DNA of 64,000 bases from Octopus sinensis (taxonomy: Eukaryota): NCBI RefSeq assembly GCF_006345805.1, contig NC_043003.1, forward strand, positions 37,448,001 to 37,512,000, read 5' to 3'. This document shows, in pieces, positions 11,654 through 24,999 of the stretch. Each line of letters starts with the position of its first letter. Position 1 is the first letter of the stretch. Made by a program: the position numbers and the translations under genes. The notes below the pieces were generated by a model that was not told the origin of the DNA, searched no databases, and was given only the letters and a program-made list of their open reading frames with translations.

Positions 11654-11660
<7 letters not shown>
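11035..11660 (+). mobile_element. Short Penelope-like remnant: terminal direct repeats, 5' inversion, hammerhead-like motif
   Basis: Direct repeat 11118-11180 / 11594-11657; inverted repeat about 11045-11117 / 11163-11240; CTGACGA-AGGG..CCCT-GAAA at 11461-11497; ends in (TA)n. Confidence 0.6.
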
Positions 11661-11720
<60 letters not shown>

Positions 11721-11721
11721 T

Positions 11722-11945
11722 ATTAGTGTACATTTAAACACAAACGTGGTGGCCTTACATGCTAGAGGAAGCAGTCAAAGGTCCAAACCACGGTTAAGAG
11801 CAATTTCGAAGGGAAGAAAAATAAAAACAAGTTTTCATTCCTTTCGAAATTGCTCTTAACTGTGGTTTGGACCTTTGACTGCTCCTTCTAGCATGTAAGG
11901 CGACCTGTTTAAGGTCGCCTTTTTTGTGTTTAAATATACACTAAT
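11722..11945. repeat. Near-perfect ~220-bp palindromic (foldback) element
   Basis: Inner arms 11753-11815 / 11838-11900 and outer arms 11722-11744 / 11923-11945 are reverse complements. Confidence 0.85.
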
Positions 11946-12029
11946 TTTATACGGAAAATATGTTGCCTATTGACTACTTATACATGTTAGGCCACTGGTA
12001 GAAAAATTTCTATAATTTTCCTACCCTGT

Positions 12030-12851
<822 letters not shown>

Positions 12852-12911
12852 AAACATTATTGGTGAATTGAAGAAATGGAGCTGAACGCAGATTGAACAG
12901 AAATCGTTTTA

Positions 12912-13000
12912 TTTCATTCTACACGTGTTTCGAAAGGCACAAATTACCAAAATCCGATTGAATAATGGACCATATTGTGTCTTTCTCTTCAGGAAGAAAA
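12912..13000 (-). ncRNA. Type I hammerhead ribozyme (Penelope-like, minimal palindromic stem III)
   Basis: Reverse strand: TTTTCTTC-CTGAAGA-GAAAGACACAA..TTGTGCCTTTC-GAAA-CACGTG-TA-GAATGAAA. Canonical core, G-C closing pair, GUA cleavage triplet. Confidence 0.7.
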
Positions 13001-13262
13001 AAGGAAATCCGTTGGAAAAACAAAAACAGAACAGAGGCGGAGCAAAAAACAAATCGACTGTGCTCCTAAGAGCCCATGGCGAGTTTCTTCAATTCACCAA
13101 TAATGTTTTAATTTCAATTATCCGCACCAACGCACGGTTGCAACGCCAGATGGTTGTACTCCAACCGTGCTGTTTACTGCTGTGATTTTTGCTACTAAGG
13201 TATCGGTTAAACTTTTGATTAATCTACTACAAGATTATTCATCTTTCTATTTCACATAATAT

Positions 13263-13340
<78 letters not shown>

Positions 13341-13732
13341 CCTATTTGTCGCTAGCTGTCGTGTAGTAATAGAAAGAGCTTTCCCATATCCGTCGTCCCC
13401 GATCCCAACCACTAGCTTCGGAAAAGTCTCACGAAAAAGTGTTCGCACCACTGCACCGTGCGCGTCCGCCATAAAATTGTGAGACACAGGATGTTGGTGC
13501 GACAGGAAGAATGTTGGCACAAAAAGGGACCTGTGAAATGTGAGGATTGTGGGCGGGAGACAAAGGGTTCGTAGGAAAAGTTCAATATTGGTATATTGTT
13601 AAACGCAAATATTGTCATTTTGGGGGTTTTTTTCTGCGCTGTTTTTATACCTTTTTATGACATATGACTGAACAAGCTCTTTGTGTTACCACACATAATT
13701 GTGGGTGAGTGTGTGTGTGTGTGTGTGCGTGC

Positions 13733-13790
<58 letters not shown>

Positions 13791-14002
13791 ACGCACGCAC
13801 GTGGATATGTGTGTTCGGTTGTACAAATGTATTTGTGTGTATGTATGCATATATGTACGCAAGCATCTATGTATGTATATATTTTTACATTTGTGTGTGT
13901 GTATATATATATATATATATGCATGTACGCATTATATACTCCTGTATATACATTGCGTGCAGACACACACGCACATACACACATGCACACACACACACAG
14001 AC

Positions 14003-14040
<38 letters not shown>

Positions 14041-14611
14041 GTGGGGGAAATGTTTGTTATCATTCAGTGCCGGTGACTATGTTTTCGTCTGTACATATTC
14101 CCGTAATAAGAACGATTCTAAGATTTGCATAAACCCTTCACAAGGCTATCACGCTAAATCCTTAAATTGGTCAACATTCAAGGCTATTATTATTATTATT
14201 GTCATTGTTATTGTTGTTGTTGTTGTTGTTGTTGTTGTTCTTGTTGCTATTGTATCTTTTATTTGCAGTATTGTCTTTATCATTCCTTCATTTTAAGATT
14301 CTCGAATGCGGAAGCTTCTAAGTAGCTTCTAATCTAATCTAGTCCTGGATTACATAAATGTATCAGAGTTTGTATTTTGTTTATTTGTTTGTTTTTCGTT
14401 TATTCTCATTATCATCGTTATCATCATCATCATTGTTGTTGCTGTTAGTATTTTCTAATTATAAGTGCTTAACTGATTACGCGGAAATTCAGCTAAAATA
14501 GTCATTATGAAACTGAATTATAACGATTAAACAACGCCCCCAAAAAGAATAACTGGTCTGTGCCTAAATTTGAAATTATTGCTGTTATTGTTGTTGTTGT
14601 TCTTGTTATTA

Positions 14612-14656
<45 letters not shown>

Positions 14657-14664
14657 CATCATCT

Positions 14665-15065
14665 AAGGCGGCTAGCTGGCAGAATCGTTAGTACGGCGGG
14701 CGAAATGCTTAGCGGTATTTCGTCTGCCGTTACGTTCTGAGTTCAAATTCCGCCGAGGTCGACTTTGCCTTTCATCTTTTCGGGGTCGATAAATCAAGCA
14801 CCAGTTACGCACTGCGGTCGATGTAATCGACTTAATCCGTTTGTCTGTCCTTGTTTGTCCCTTCTGTGTTTAGCCCCTTGTGGGTAGTAAAGAAATAGAA
14901 ATAGGTATTTCGTCTGCCGCTACGTTCTGAGTTCAAATTCCGCCAAGGTTGACTTCGCCTTTTGTCCTTTCGGGTCGATTAAATAAGTACCAGTTACGCA
15001 CTGGGGTTGATGTAATCGGCTTAATCCCTTCCCCCAAGCTGCCCTTATGGAAAAAATTATTATTA

Positions 15066-15109
<44 letters not shown>

Positions 15110-15350
15110 GTTGTTATTATCATTGTTATTATCTACCGCGGCGTGCTGGCAGAAGCGTTAGCACGCCGGGCACAATGCTTAGCAGCATTTCGTCCGTCTT
15201 TGCTGTCTGAGTTCAAATTCCACCGAGGTCGACTCTGCCTTTCATCCTTTCGGGGTCGATGAAATAAGTACTAGTTGAGCACTGGAAACAATGTAACCGA
15301 CTAGTCCACCCGTCCAAAATTTCAGGCTTTGAGCCAATTGTAGAAAGGAT
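14665..15350 (+). mobile_element. Tandem cluster of three SINE family A copies separated by (ATT)n
   Basis: Copies at about 14665-14900, 14904-15045 and 15135-15350. Confidence 0.85.
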
Positions 15351-15365
15351 TATTATTATTATTAT

Positions 15366-15870
15366 TGAGTGAGAGAGCAGTTCATGCCATCAAAGTGACA
15401 CTGGAGTAAAATATACGAAGCCCAATATACCCATCATGACTACCAGTCTGATAAGGGTACACCAGGCACATGCATCACAACAATATGTGCGCGACATGAT
15501 GATCTCATATCAAGATAAACAGCACATGACCTTGCAGGTGGGGCCCAGTTAGAATTTTCTTCAGGTTGAGTAGCCCATCCCGCTCAAAAGGTCCCTGAAT
15601 AAGGGTTGTTTAAGGATGTTGAAAGAACCACCCATGTTTCCAGAGGTGAATTATTCAAACCCCAAAGAATCCCTCTCAACACATGGCTATGATGCTCCCC
15701 CACTACTTCTGCTCGTGATCAGAGATGCACATATCGTCAGCCACTAAGAGACATGCTCAAGTGGTTATGGTCAAACAACTGACAAGCAAATCTGTGGTAT
15801 TGAGCAGAATATTTGCTGTAGCCCATCTTTTATACCAAGACAAAACAATGTACATGATAACACTTCCATA
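15366..15870 (-). repeat. Interspersed repeat, probably a LINE 3' UTR ending in (AAT)n
   Basis: Non-coding ~500-bp block ending in an (AAT)n tail on the minus strand; family not identifiable. Confidence 0.4.
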
Positions 15871-16229
15871 TTATTATCATTATTATTATTATTTGGACTA
15901 CTATTTGCTACTATCCTTAACACGCACGTGCATATTATTGTGTATGTCTAACTCCCCTTTGTGACTATTTTAAAATTCGATCGGTGTCTGGTAAAATTAA
16001 AGAACTAAGACTGGTATGTCAGTGTTTCTCCATCTCTGTTAACTTTTCTCTTTTTTATAATGTTTGCTTTGATATTTAAGTCATTTTGGGTGTTAAAACC
16101 GTTTTCCAGTAAACAAAATCTTCAATTGTACTTATCCTGTAATTTCTCAAAATGTAAGTCCTTAACCTGCAAACTACGTGCATTTGTAATATATGTGTGT
16201 ATGCGTGTGTGTGTTTGTGTATGTGTATG

Positions 16230-16276
<47 letters not shown>

Positions 16277-16366
16277 TATATTATATATATATATATATAT
16301 ACATATATGTACGTGTGTGTATATATATATATATATGTGTAATTTACAAATTTATATATGTGTGTG

Positions 16367-16411
<45 letters not shown>

Positions 16412-16970
16412 ATATGTATGTATGTATGTATGTTTGTATGTATGTATATATGTCTATGTATTATGTATGTATGTAAGTGCGTGTGTGTGTCTTTGTGTGT
16501 TGCATTTCTTTGTGTCTGTGTTTGTTACCCCCGCCTCTTCTTGGCAGCCGGTGTTGGTGTGTTTACATCACTATAACTTACCAGTTCGGCAATAAGAAAT
16601 CGATAGAATAAGTACCAGGCTTTAAAAAATGTACTGGGGTCGATTCATTTGACTAAAAATTGTTCATGGCGGTTCCCCAGCATGGCCGCAATCTAATGAC
16701 TTAAACAAATAAAAGATAAAAGATCTGTGTGTGTGTGTGTGTGTGCGCGCGCGCGCAATGTATATAATCATAATTTTACATCAATTGTTTTTCCAGTTTG
16801 CAAGCCCGGGACAGCTGAGATTCAACGAAAGTCCACAACTTCATTTCAAATCTCCGTCTTCATTTGTAATACAAGAGGCATGAAAGCCACACATCATACA
16901 TACATTTTGTTTGCTTCCCTTCTTTCAAGCCTAGACTAACACCATTCTATTAACATGGTGTTTTCTAAAA

Positions 16971-17156
16971 TATAAATCTTTACGGCTGCTAAATAGGACA
17001 ATTAAACAAGTTTTAGTTACAATAACCAGCACAGTACCAAACTCAAATTACAGTACAACAAACAACACCAGAATCAGCGTGGAGACTCACAAACTTAACA
17101 ACTCTTTCTCCGAAAAGGCAGCGTCCAATCCAACTGACCACTGTGACTCTCCATCT
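16971..17156 (+). promoter_or_regulatory. Possible promoter and non-coding first exon of the Reeler gene
   Basis: TATAAAT at 16971, Inr-like TTAGTT at 17013, an ATG-free stretch ending at a consensus donor CT|GTAAGT (17157). The exon at 22154 begins with an acceptor 13 nt before its ATG, so an upstream UTR exon must exist. Confidence 0.35.
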
Positions 17157-17716
17157 GTAAGTATCTTACCTTATTTTCTTTTAGTATTTGTTTTTGTTTG
17201 TTTTTAATTTCTCTTCTTTTTTGTTATTGTTATTGATGGTGGTGGTGGTGGTGGTGGTGGTGGTGGTTATGGTGGTTTTGGCGGTTTTAATCTCAGTTCG
17301 GACCGAACAAACTTATATCAAAGCGTTCCTACCACGACCGTTCTATATTTATTTTCAAAGAGTTTAACCTATTTTACAGTATTTTACAATAACTTGCTCA
17401 TTTTTTTACGATGTTAATATGAGTTTTTGAGGACAATTTGGCGCTTAATTCTAGCATGTTACAGGAAGCAGCCACACGCTTTATTTGTCGGCGGACATGT
17501 TTGTTTTAACGAGTTGCCATAGGATAACAGAAAAGACAATCGAATTCACGGCCTAAGTTTCGATCCCTATTTTATCCCTTATTCTATTTCTCTTCCTTTA
17601 TACCACTAACATCTTTAGAAACGAACCAGCCAAGGAGCCTCTCCATTGTGACTCGAAGTGCGAGTAATAGTAGCCAAACCACCTTCATATTACAACCTAA
17701 TATCTTAAATAGTGAT

Positions 17717-17930
17717 AAGGCGGTGAGCTGGCAGAATCGTTAGCACGCCGGTTAAAATGCTTAGCGACATTTCATCTGTTTTTACGTTCTGAGTTCAAAT
17801 TTCACCGAGGTCGGACTTTACTTTTCCCCCGTTTAGGGCCGATAAAATAAGTACCAGCTGAGCACTGGTGTCAACATAATTGACTATCCCCGTCTCCGAA
17901 CTTGCTGGCTTTGTGCCAAAATTTTTAAAC
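17717..17930 (+). mobile_element. SINE family A
   Basis: Head, B-box and body. Confidence 0.8.
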
Positions 17931-18168
17931 CAATAACTTATATAACGAAATCATTCATTGCATAATGAAGTTCGAGATGCCACTGAAAAAGCGAATGGTC
18001 ATGGCTGGAATGTCTTTAATCATAGATTTTCTTTGCCACGGTTTGGCTCGGGCTAAACAACAGCATCTTTAAAAGCGTCATGAACGTCACTGCTTCCCAT
18101 ATCCTCATCCTCTTCAAACATGTTTCCATAGTTATGTAACAATTGTCACTACACTATAGCGAGCGATT

Positions 18169-18213
<45 letters not shown>

Positions 18214-18251
18214 ATTTAGTAGTAGTAGTAGTAGTAGTAGATGTAGTAGAT

Positions 18252-18288
<37 letters not shown>

Positions 18289-19739
18289 CTACTGTTTAGG
18301 TTAACACTGAACTAGTTTCCTTTCTTGTTCTCAATCTTTTCTCACTCGTCTCTCCACTTTCCTACTCTCTTGTTCTCTCTTGTTCTATCTCTCTCTCTCT
18401 TTCACTGCCTCTCCTCCCTTTCACCACTTACTCTCGCTGTGATCCAAATTGTCCATTCACTTCCTGTCAACCCATTCCACTTCTCCAAGTTTTCATTCTA
18501 CTTCAATCCTACCAAGTAAACAGACATCTTAAATTCGGTATCGTGCATTTTTTCTCCTCCTCTTACCTCTTTTAATCCTTTTTCTTCCAACTGATAAAAG
18601 GTTTTACTCGAAACATCAGATTCTCTTCTGTGTCTTCTTTTGGCGTATTTATCTTCGTTATAGACTTCTTTGAGTGAAGGGCTTTTTTCATTCGATTATT
18701 GTTTTTCGTGAACATTTTATAGACAATAGAGCTATTTAAATATGTTTTATGTTTTTCAATATATTGCGGAACAACACAATCTATATTACTAGATATTCAT
18801 CAAACTGACGAAAAATTTCCTGATATTGATCCCCATATTTTTCCTCAGTCAAACCTCTCCAGAAGAAAGGGGAAAGGATCATTTGAAAGCACATCGTTGT
18901 TTTATATAGTAGTGGGGCCAGTTCACAATTATCGGACTGAGGGCAAATGATTGGACGTCATGAAATCATTAGTGCAGCATTCGGTCCAGTTACCTTATGG
19001 GTATACTTTGATTATAATAAAAATGGATATGCATTATTTGAACGCTCGTATACTGAAATTGAATGTTTAGGTTGAATAACATGATTCGATTAACTATCTG
19101 CATTATAACAAGCTATTCGACTCAAACGTTAAAACAATTATTTACGTAAATCCAATCAGAACATACTCCGGGCATGTATTTCCGTTGTGAAATATAGCAA
19201 GAACAGCAGGAATAACAATGAGACTTTTTCTTCAGTCATATCACTTTGACAGCATTTCATCGGGAAGAAGCATAGAGAAGGAACGACGCAAAAATACGTT
19301 CCTAATTTTTTTGCCAAATTATCAGATTCGATTGGACAGCAACGACTCACTATGCTTATTAACTCCGAATCATCTTCAAATTTTAAACATATTTCAGATT
19401 GCATCAGCTACAATACTGCAGTATGAAAAGGGATTTTTTTAGTCGTTTGCAATAGTTTGTGTTCCTGAATTATTCTAGGACATAACTTTCTTAAAAAGCA
19501 CGACTTTGTTACATTTAAACTCGGAGGAGTTCAACATTTTTGTAAGCTAGTGACTTCTCGTATATTTTCCACCTATTCACACTTATCCGAAACCAACTGC
19601 GTGTAATTCACGCTGCTTTTTTCCACGTGATGAAATTTTATTAAGGAAAAGCGACCAAATAGCCTCTTCGTGTTAGCATTATTTGATCTTTCAGTTTCTC
19701 TGAGTCGAGCATAAATGATAGCAACAAAAAATAATGGTA

Positions 19740-20215
19740 AACAACGTTTTCTTTTCGACTATGTACAAATACGAAATTACAACTGCATTCTAGCTACATA
19801 ACCACTTTCTAATAATCAAGAACTTGTGTATGTTCTACTTCCTACGGTAAATTCTACATCAAACTACATCTGAAAGTAGCATACCATTAAATTCTGTCAT
19901 CACCATTACAACTACCACTACGCCACATACACTAACAATGAGAGCTATACGCTGCATTTCAACCACTGATGGCTTATTCTAGTTTACAGCATTACTCTTT
20001 GGTGTGACTACTGACGTAACTGCTTCTCAAAGAGCGAATGATGGTATAATTACCGACAATAATATCAAAGGAGTTCACGCCTATCCCGACATTATTGTCG
20101 ATGGTAGAACTATCGAGGAACACGATGGGAATTAAGCTCAATTTATTTCAGTTACTAGGAGACTCGAAAAGATATTGAGCATTGACAAATGTCTTCGCCA
20201 AAAGTCGATTTGCTG
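19740..20215 (+). mobile_element. Decayed Ty3/Gypsy reverse transcriptase fragment
   Basis: KLHLKVAYH* (LDLKSAYHQ-like), TDGLF*FTALLFGVT, QRANDGII..GVHAYPDIIVDGRTIEEHDGN (degenerate YxDD), IDKC. Confidence 0.65.
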
Positions 20216-20572
20216 TTTGTTACTTCAGGTGAAAAATAGAATATAATTCCTAGCAATATGATTCAGAAAAGACTAAAAAAAACCTCGTTGTTTATTCGAC
20301 ACTGAGAAATGCTAAACCACTGCAATGGTTTACGTATGACTTTAAATGAGTATGTCTCCTTTCGCGGAACTAAGCGTGTCACATCAGCAAAGTGGAGGAA
20401 AGAGAATTTTTAAGTATGCAGTCTTAATATATCAATTGGGTCAATACAAAATTTGCGGGGGAAAGCGAAATGAATAGTCATTTTACTGCAAACCGTAAGG
20501 AGAAAAAATCGAAACGTACACACACATACACATGCACACACATACACATACACATGCACACTCACACACATA

Positions 20573-21464
20573 CGAGGTCTCATCAATAAGCATCTGGACT
20601 GTTGCCATAATAACGAAGCTACGGCATGCAGAGTGAAGCTGCTTGGCACAGATTGACCGTGAACTCTGTTGTGCATTCGCACTAAGTTTTAACGTTCTAA
20701 CTTACTTCTGCCTTTTTACAACAAAGCTCGGAAGGAAGGTGAGTAACGCGTGATCGTCGCATTGGCCATGACTGAGAAAGTTGTCATGGTGATACCTGCT
20801 CAGAGGCCTACGCAAGCTTGCAGAAAGTGTATGGAGACGAGTGTATGAGTCGCACATAAGTGTACGAGTGGTTTAGACGTTTCCAAGATAGCCAAAACAA
20901 AAAAAATGTCGCTGTTGACGAACGTTCTCGGAGACCCGCAACCAACAGAACTGGAAAAACAACACAGATGTGCATGCAGCAATGAGGGGAAATCGTCGAA
21001 GCACCATCCATGAGTTATCAGAGAATGCGCAGATTTGTTCAGTCCATTATCACTGAAGATTTGTGTATGAGACGTATGTCTACCAAGTTTGTGCCAAAAC
21101 TGCTTTCAGCTGACCAAAAAGACACTCGGGTTTCAGTTGCACAAAATCTCCATGGTTGTATCGAGAACGATAAAAATTTTTTGAAAACTCAGCGTAGACC
21201 TCTGAGCAGGTATTGCCAAGCTTTTGGCAAAATTTGATGTAGATTCTCTACTCAACTTTCTTAGTCATGTGATCAATGCGACGATCACACGCTACGCACC
21301 TTTCTTCCAAGCACGGTTGTAAAAAGCAGAAGCGGGCTAGAACGTTAAAACTTAGTGCTCATGCACAGCAGAGTTCAAGATCAATTTATGCCAAATGACA
21401 TCATTCTGCGTGCTTTAGCTTAGTTGCTATAGCAACAGTCCGGATACTTATTGATCAGACCACG
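20573..21464 (+). mobile_element. Internally deleted mariner element with ~210-bp inverted ends
   Basis: TA|CGAGGTC..GACCACG|TA; HTH remnants KVYGDECMSRT.VYEWFRRF..DERSRRP and LCMRRMSTKFVPKLLSADQK (WVPxxL-like); no DD34D domain. Confidence 0.85.
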
Positions 21465-22166
21465 TATATATTTTACATATATTCATATACACTTAGAAAT
21501 AGAATGTGTGTGTGTGTGTGTGTGTGGTTTTCTAACAGATGAAAGTATTGTCTGCACTGCCTGTTATTCCACTGCCTAACAATATTTTCCCTCATATAAG
21601 GTAATGCCAGTATATATTGGCTGGTCATGCGTTCAACAAGGAGTTTCTATATACTACTCGACCTTTTGCAAACAGCTGTCAAGCTTCCTCGAAATCACAC
21701 CCTATCGCCTTAACTAAGGAATATATTTGACACTATAATTTATTGATTTTAATAAACAAAAAAAAATTATCGCAACCAGAACACCTTCCATCGTATGTCT
21801 GTTTGATCAGAGCTAATTTTCCTTACTTCCTTTACTTCGAAGCAAAGAGAGAAGGTCTCTGCGGGTTCAGTCGATCTCATCGAAATAGCAGTCAGATTTC
21901 CCTCAAATCACACCGTATTGCCTTAAATAAGGAAAAGACACATTGAACAATATAACCCTATATGTACAAAAATACGAAATTATATACATTATCTAAACTA
22001 AGAGAGAGAATTTCAATGTTTCTTTTAGTCCATATTACGGATGTCTCTCTTCAAACAACCGTTGTTGTTTTTTATCGTTCATAATGCTCTCATTCTTATT
22101 GTTGTTATTACTTCTATTGTTTTTGTTGCTGTTTTTTTTTTTGGTTTCTTTAGGTAAAAATAAGGC

Positions 22167-22362
22167 ATGGATTCAGAGATGTTTCCGCTGTATTTCATGT
22201 TAGGCCTCGCAAGTCTAGGACTAACATATCCCCATGGTGGCCCTGATTCGTCTTGTCAAACTATGTTACCAACTGGCCACGGTGTCCCTCCTCAATCATC
22301 TCCGGCACCATACAAACTAACCATTCGAAAATCTTCGTTTAATCCGGGAGAAACTATTCCAG
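22167..22362 (+). CDS. Reeler-domain secreted protein, coding exon 1 (signal peptide + YPHGGPDSSCQTMLPTGHG..PAPY)
   Basis: Acceptor TTTCTTTAG at 22153, ATG at 22167, donor CCAG|GTAAGC (phase 1); typical Reeler N-terminus. Confidence 0.9.
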
Positions 22363-23276
22363 GTAAGCATTACTACCGTTAGTTCATTGTTGCCTTTTCT
22401 TTTTTATCTAAAGTTTGTTTATTATACGGGTGCAGGCGGGAGTGTGTGATGATAAATTGCTTCAGGTTCGGTCTCACTGCATGGCATCTTGTGTAAGTGT
22501 CTTCTACTGAAGCCTCGGGCCGATCAAAACCTTGTGAATGGATTTGGTAGACGGAAACTGAGAGAAGCTCATCGTATATGCATATATATATATATATGTG
22601 GTTGGGTGTATCGGTGTGTGTGTGTGTGCTTCTGAGTCTGTGTTTGTCCCCAAACAGTGTTAGTATGTTTACGTCCCCGTAATTTTGTGGTTCGGCAAAA
22701 AAGAGATCAATAGAACAAGTACCAAGCTTTAAAATATATACTGGAGTCGATCTATTCGACTATAAATTCTTCCAGGCGGTACTTCAGTATGGCCGCAGTC
22801 TAATGACTGAAACAAATAAAAGATAAAAGATATCTCTGCAGTAGCTATGACATGTAGTTCATTCCCTGATGAGACTAATGGTGTTATTCAGTGGCATCTT
22901 AAAGCGTGGGAACACTGGGGTATCAAGGTTTTAGGAGGCCAATATGTATGCCTGTGGTTTGCTCTCAATAAATAAATACTATAGAACCTAGTGCGTTGAT
23001 TTGCCCGGGGGCCTATAATGCTAAGACGGCCCGACCTTCATTGCCCAGCTTGAATATGTATAGATCAGTGATTGCAGAAGAAACGTGGATGAGGAGAGAA
23101 CCGAATGATTTGGCTCGAATATTTGCAGCAGTGTAGGTACCACTAAAGGTACCCAAAGACCAGATTGTGATGTAAAACTGAGTAGTGTGTCAAACATTCT
23201 ATTCGGTTATACTTCCATTATATTGCAGTGTCTTCTCTTATAGAACCTTTTGTCGATCGTTGTTGTAAGATGTACT

Positions 23277-23690
23277 TCACTTATTAAGCCCTTCACTCCC
23301 AACAAATCGGAGGCCATCGCCGACTTTCTCCGCTTTTCTCAACTCTCGGCTCACTTGGCTGTTTCTCTCTAGTTGAATCCCTGCTTTTACCTTTCGTATT
23401 CTGCAGCACGGTCTCTTATGTTTCCCTGAGAGAGGGCCTTCCTCTCTCAGGTCTTGTGGGTTTTGCATTTTCATCGATGCTTCTGTAACTTTGTTTTTTC
23501 TATGTAGGAGTATTGCCCCTATCCAGACCCGATTTTTACCTTTGAGAAGAGGTAGTCCATATTAGTCTGGCCTCTATCTTTTGCAAAATCCTGCATGGGA
23601 GGCCCTAGTAGGAGAGTTTGCTCCCAGGTTCATTGAAACACACAAGCCACCAGACCGCAACAAGAGCTGGACCTTGTGGTGGTGTAATCA
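23277..23690 (-). mobile_element. RTE-type LINE 5' end with a degenerate HDV-like ribozyme region
   Basis: Reverse strand CTCTTGTTGCGGTCTGGTGGCTTGTGTGTTTCAATGAACC..CCTACTAGGGCCTCCCATGC..AGAGGCCAGACTAA resembles the RTE 5' UTR as I recall it; a short ORF start follows. Confidence 0.45.
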
Positions 23691-24807
23691 AGTGTAGTTC
23701 TATGAAAATGACAAGCTGTTTGTTGACTTGAAGTATGAATTTTGTTTTGTTTGCAGAGAAAATTACCTAACAATAGACTAGTGCCTTATCCAGGATGGGA
23801 TTTACCTGTAGCAATTAATGTAAACCGATTATAGGCACTAGCACTGGCCCAGGTAACTGAAATTCTTTTGAGGAGATTTTTGTTTACTTGTTAACTCAAG
23901 AAGAAGGGGCAGTACCCCCATCCTGATACCAGTGAGCTTGACGCAGTTAATGTTCTGTTTAAGTGGTTGCCGGTCAGCACTTGCAAGAAAGACATGATCA
24001 TAGAAATTCCAAAGGGACAATGTTCTAAGGTGAAAGGTCTTGGAATAGAGGTATTGCAGGGTCAAGGGGATTGAATGCACCAAGTAACTAACGGTGGGAA
24101 GGCGAGTGGTCGGAGATGCACAAATCATAAATCCCTAAAGACACTTGTAGCAAGACCCAGATTTAAAACAATGAGAAGCAATTAATATCCGGCCCAATAA
24201 CTGACTTAAATCGATCTATGAACTCGAGCACGACTGTGTTGTTACGAAGTTTACTTTGCAATTACGAGATTTTGAGTTCAGTCCCCTGTACTCCAATTTG
24301 AACGGGTGTCTACTCACATCAATCAGACACTTGGGAGTAAAACGAAAACAACGAGGAAGCCCGTTAGAAGAATCGTTCTTATTTTGCGAGGTAACCTTGA
24401 ACATAAACTCATTTTGCTAACTTGGTCCGTTACAAAGCCACCCGACCCTTCGATGCCTTTAGAGGAGTGCACTCTGTTGCATTCATTCGGGTTAGACCTC
24501 ACCGTTGAGGACAACTTGTTTCTTTCCTCTTAGCACTCTCGGGGTCCTAAAAAAAGGTCATGAATGCTCTCCTTCTTCTCTTTTTCTGGCTAATCTACAT
24601 GCACAGAAGTGATTACAAGTAGCCTAAGGTTTCTTTTTTAGAGAAAAGGAAGAAGTGGACAATGAGATGTCCATGCTTTCCCCCAGAACATAATCTGTTC
24701 CACCAGGAAATTGAAACCGCGATGCATGTTCAACTTTCCAGTATCTTGTACTTTGCTTTATATTGTTCGTCTAGATCGTTCTAAATGTCATCTTAAACTT
24801 TCTTCAG

Positions 24808-24956
24808 TTGTAATGAAAGCTGATAAGGACTACTTCACTGGAATCTATTTACAAAGCCATCCTGTAGTTTGTACACCGAACCAAACTATGCCCCTGGGGT
24901 TTTTCACAACATTTACCAGAGAATTCCATACACGACATTGTTTTGGCATTGTACAC
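24808..24956 (+). CDS. Reeler protein coding exon 2 (VVMKADKDYFTGIYLQSH..PLGFF..RHCFGIVH)
   Basis: Acceptor CTTTCTTCAG, donor CAC|GTAAGT, phase 1 to 0; Reeler FxGxxLQ and LGxF motifs. Confidence 0.9.
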
Positions 24957-24999
24957 GTAAGTAGTTTCTTTCTTATTGTTACAATTATTATTGAGGTGG

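Noticed and set aside
19156-19700. Possible decayed DNA-transposase sequence
   Set aside because: No motif or terminus could be identified with confidence.
24340-24700. Possible L2/Crack RT remnant
   Set aside because: Too degenerate to support a call.
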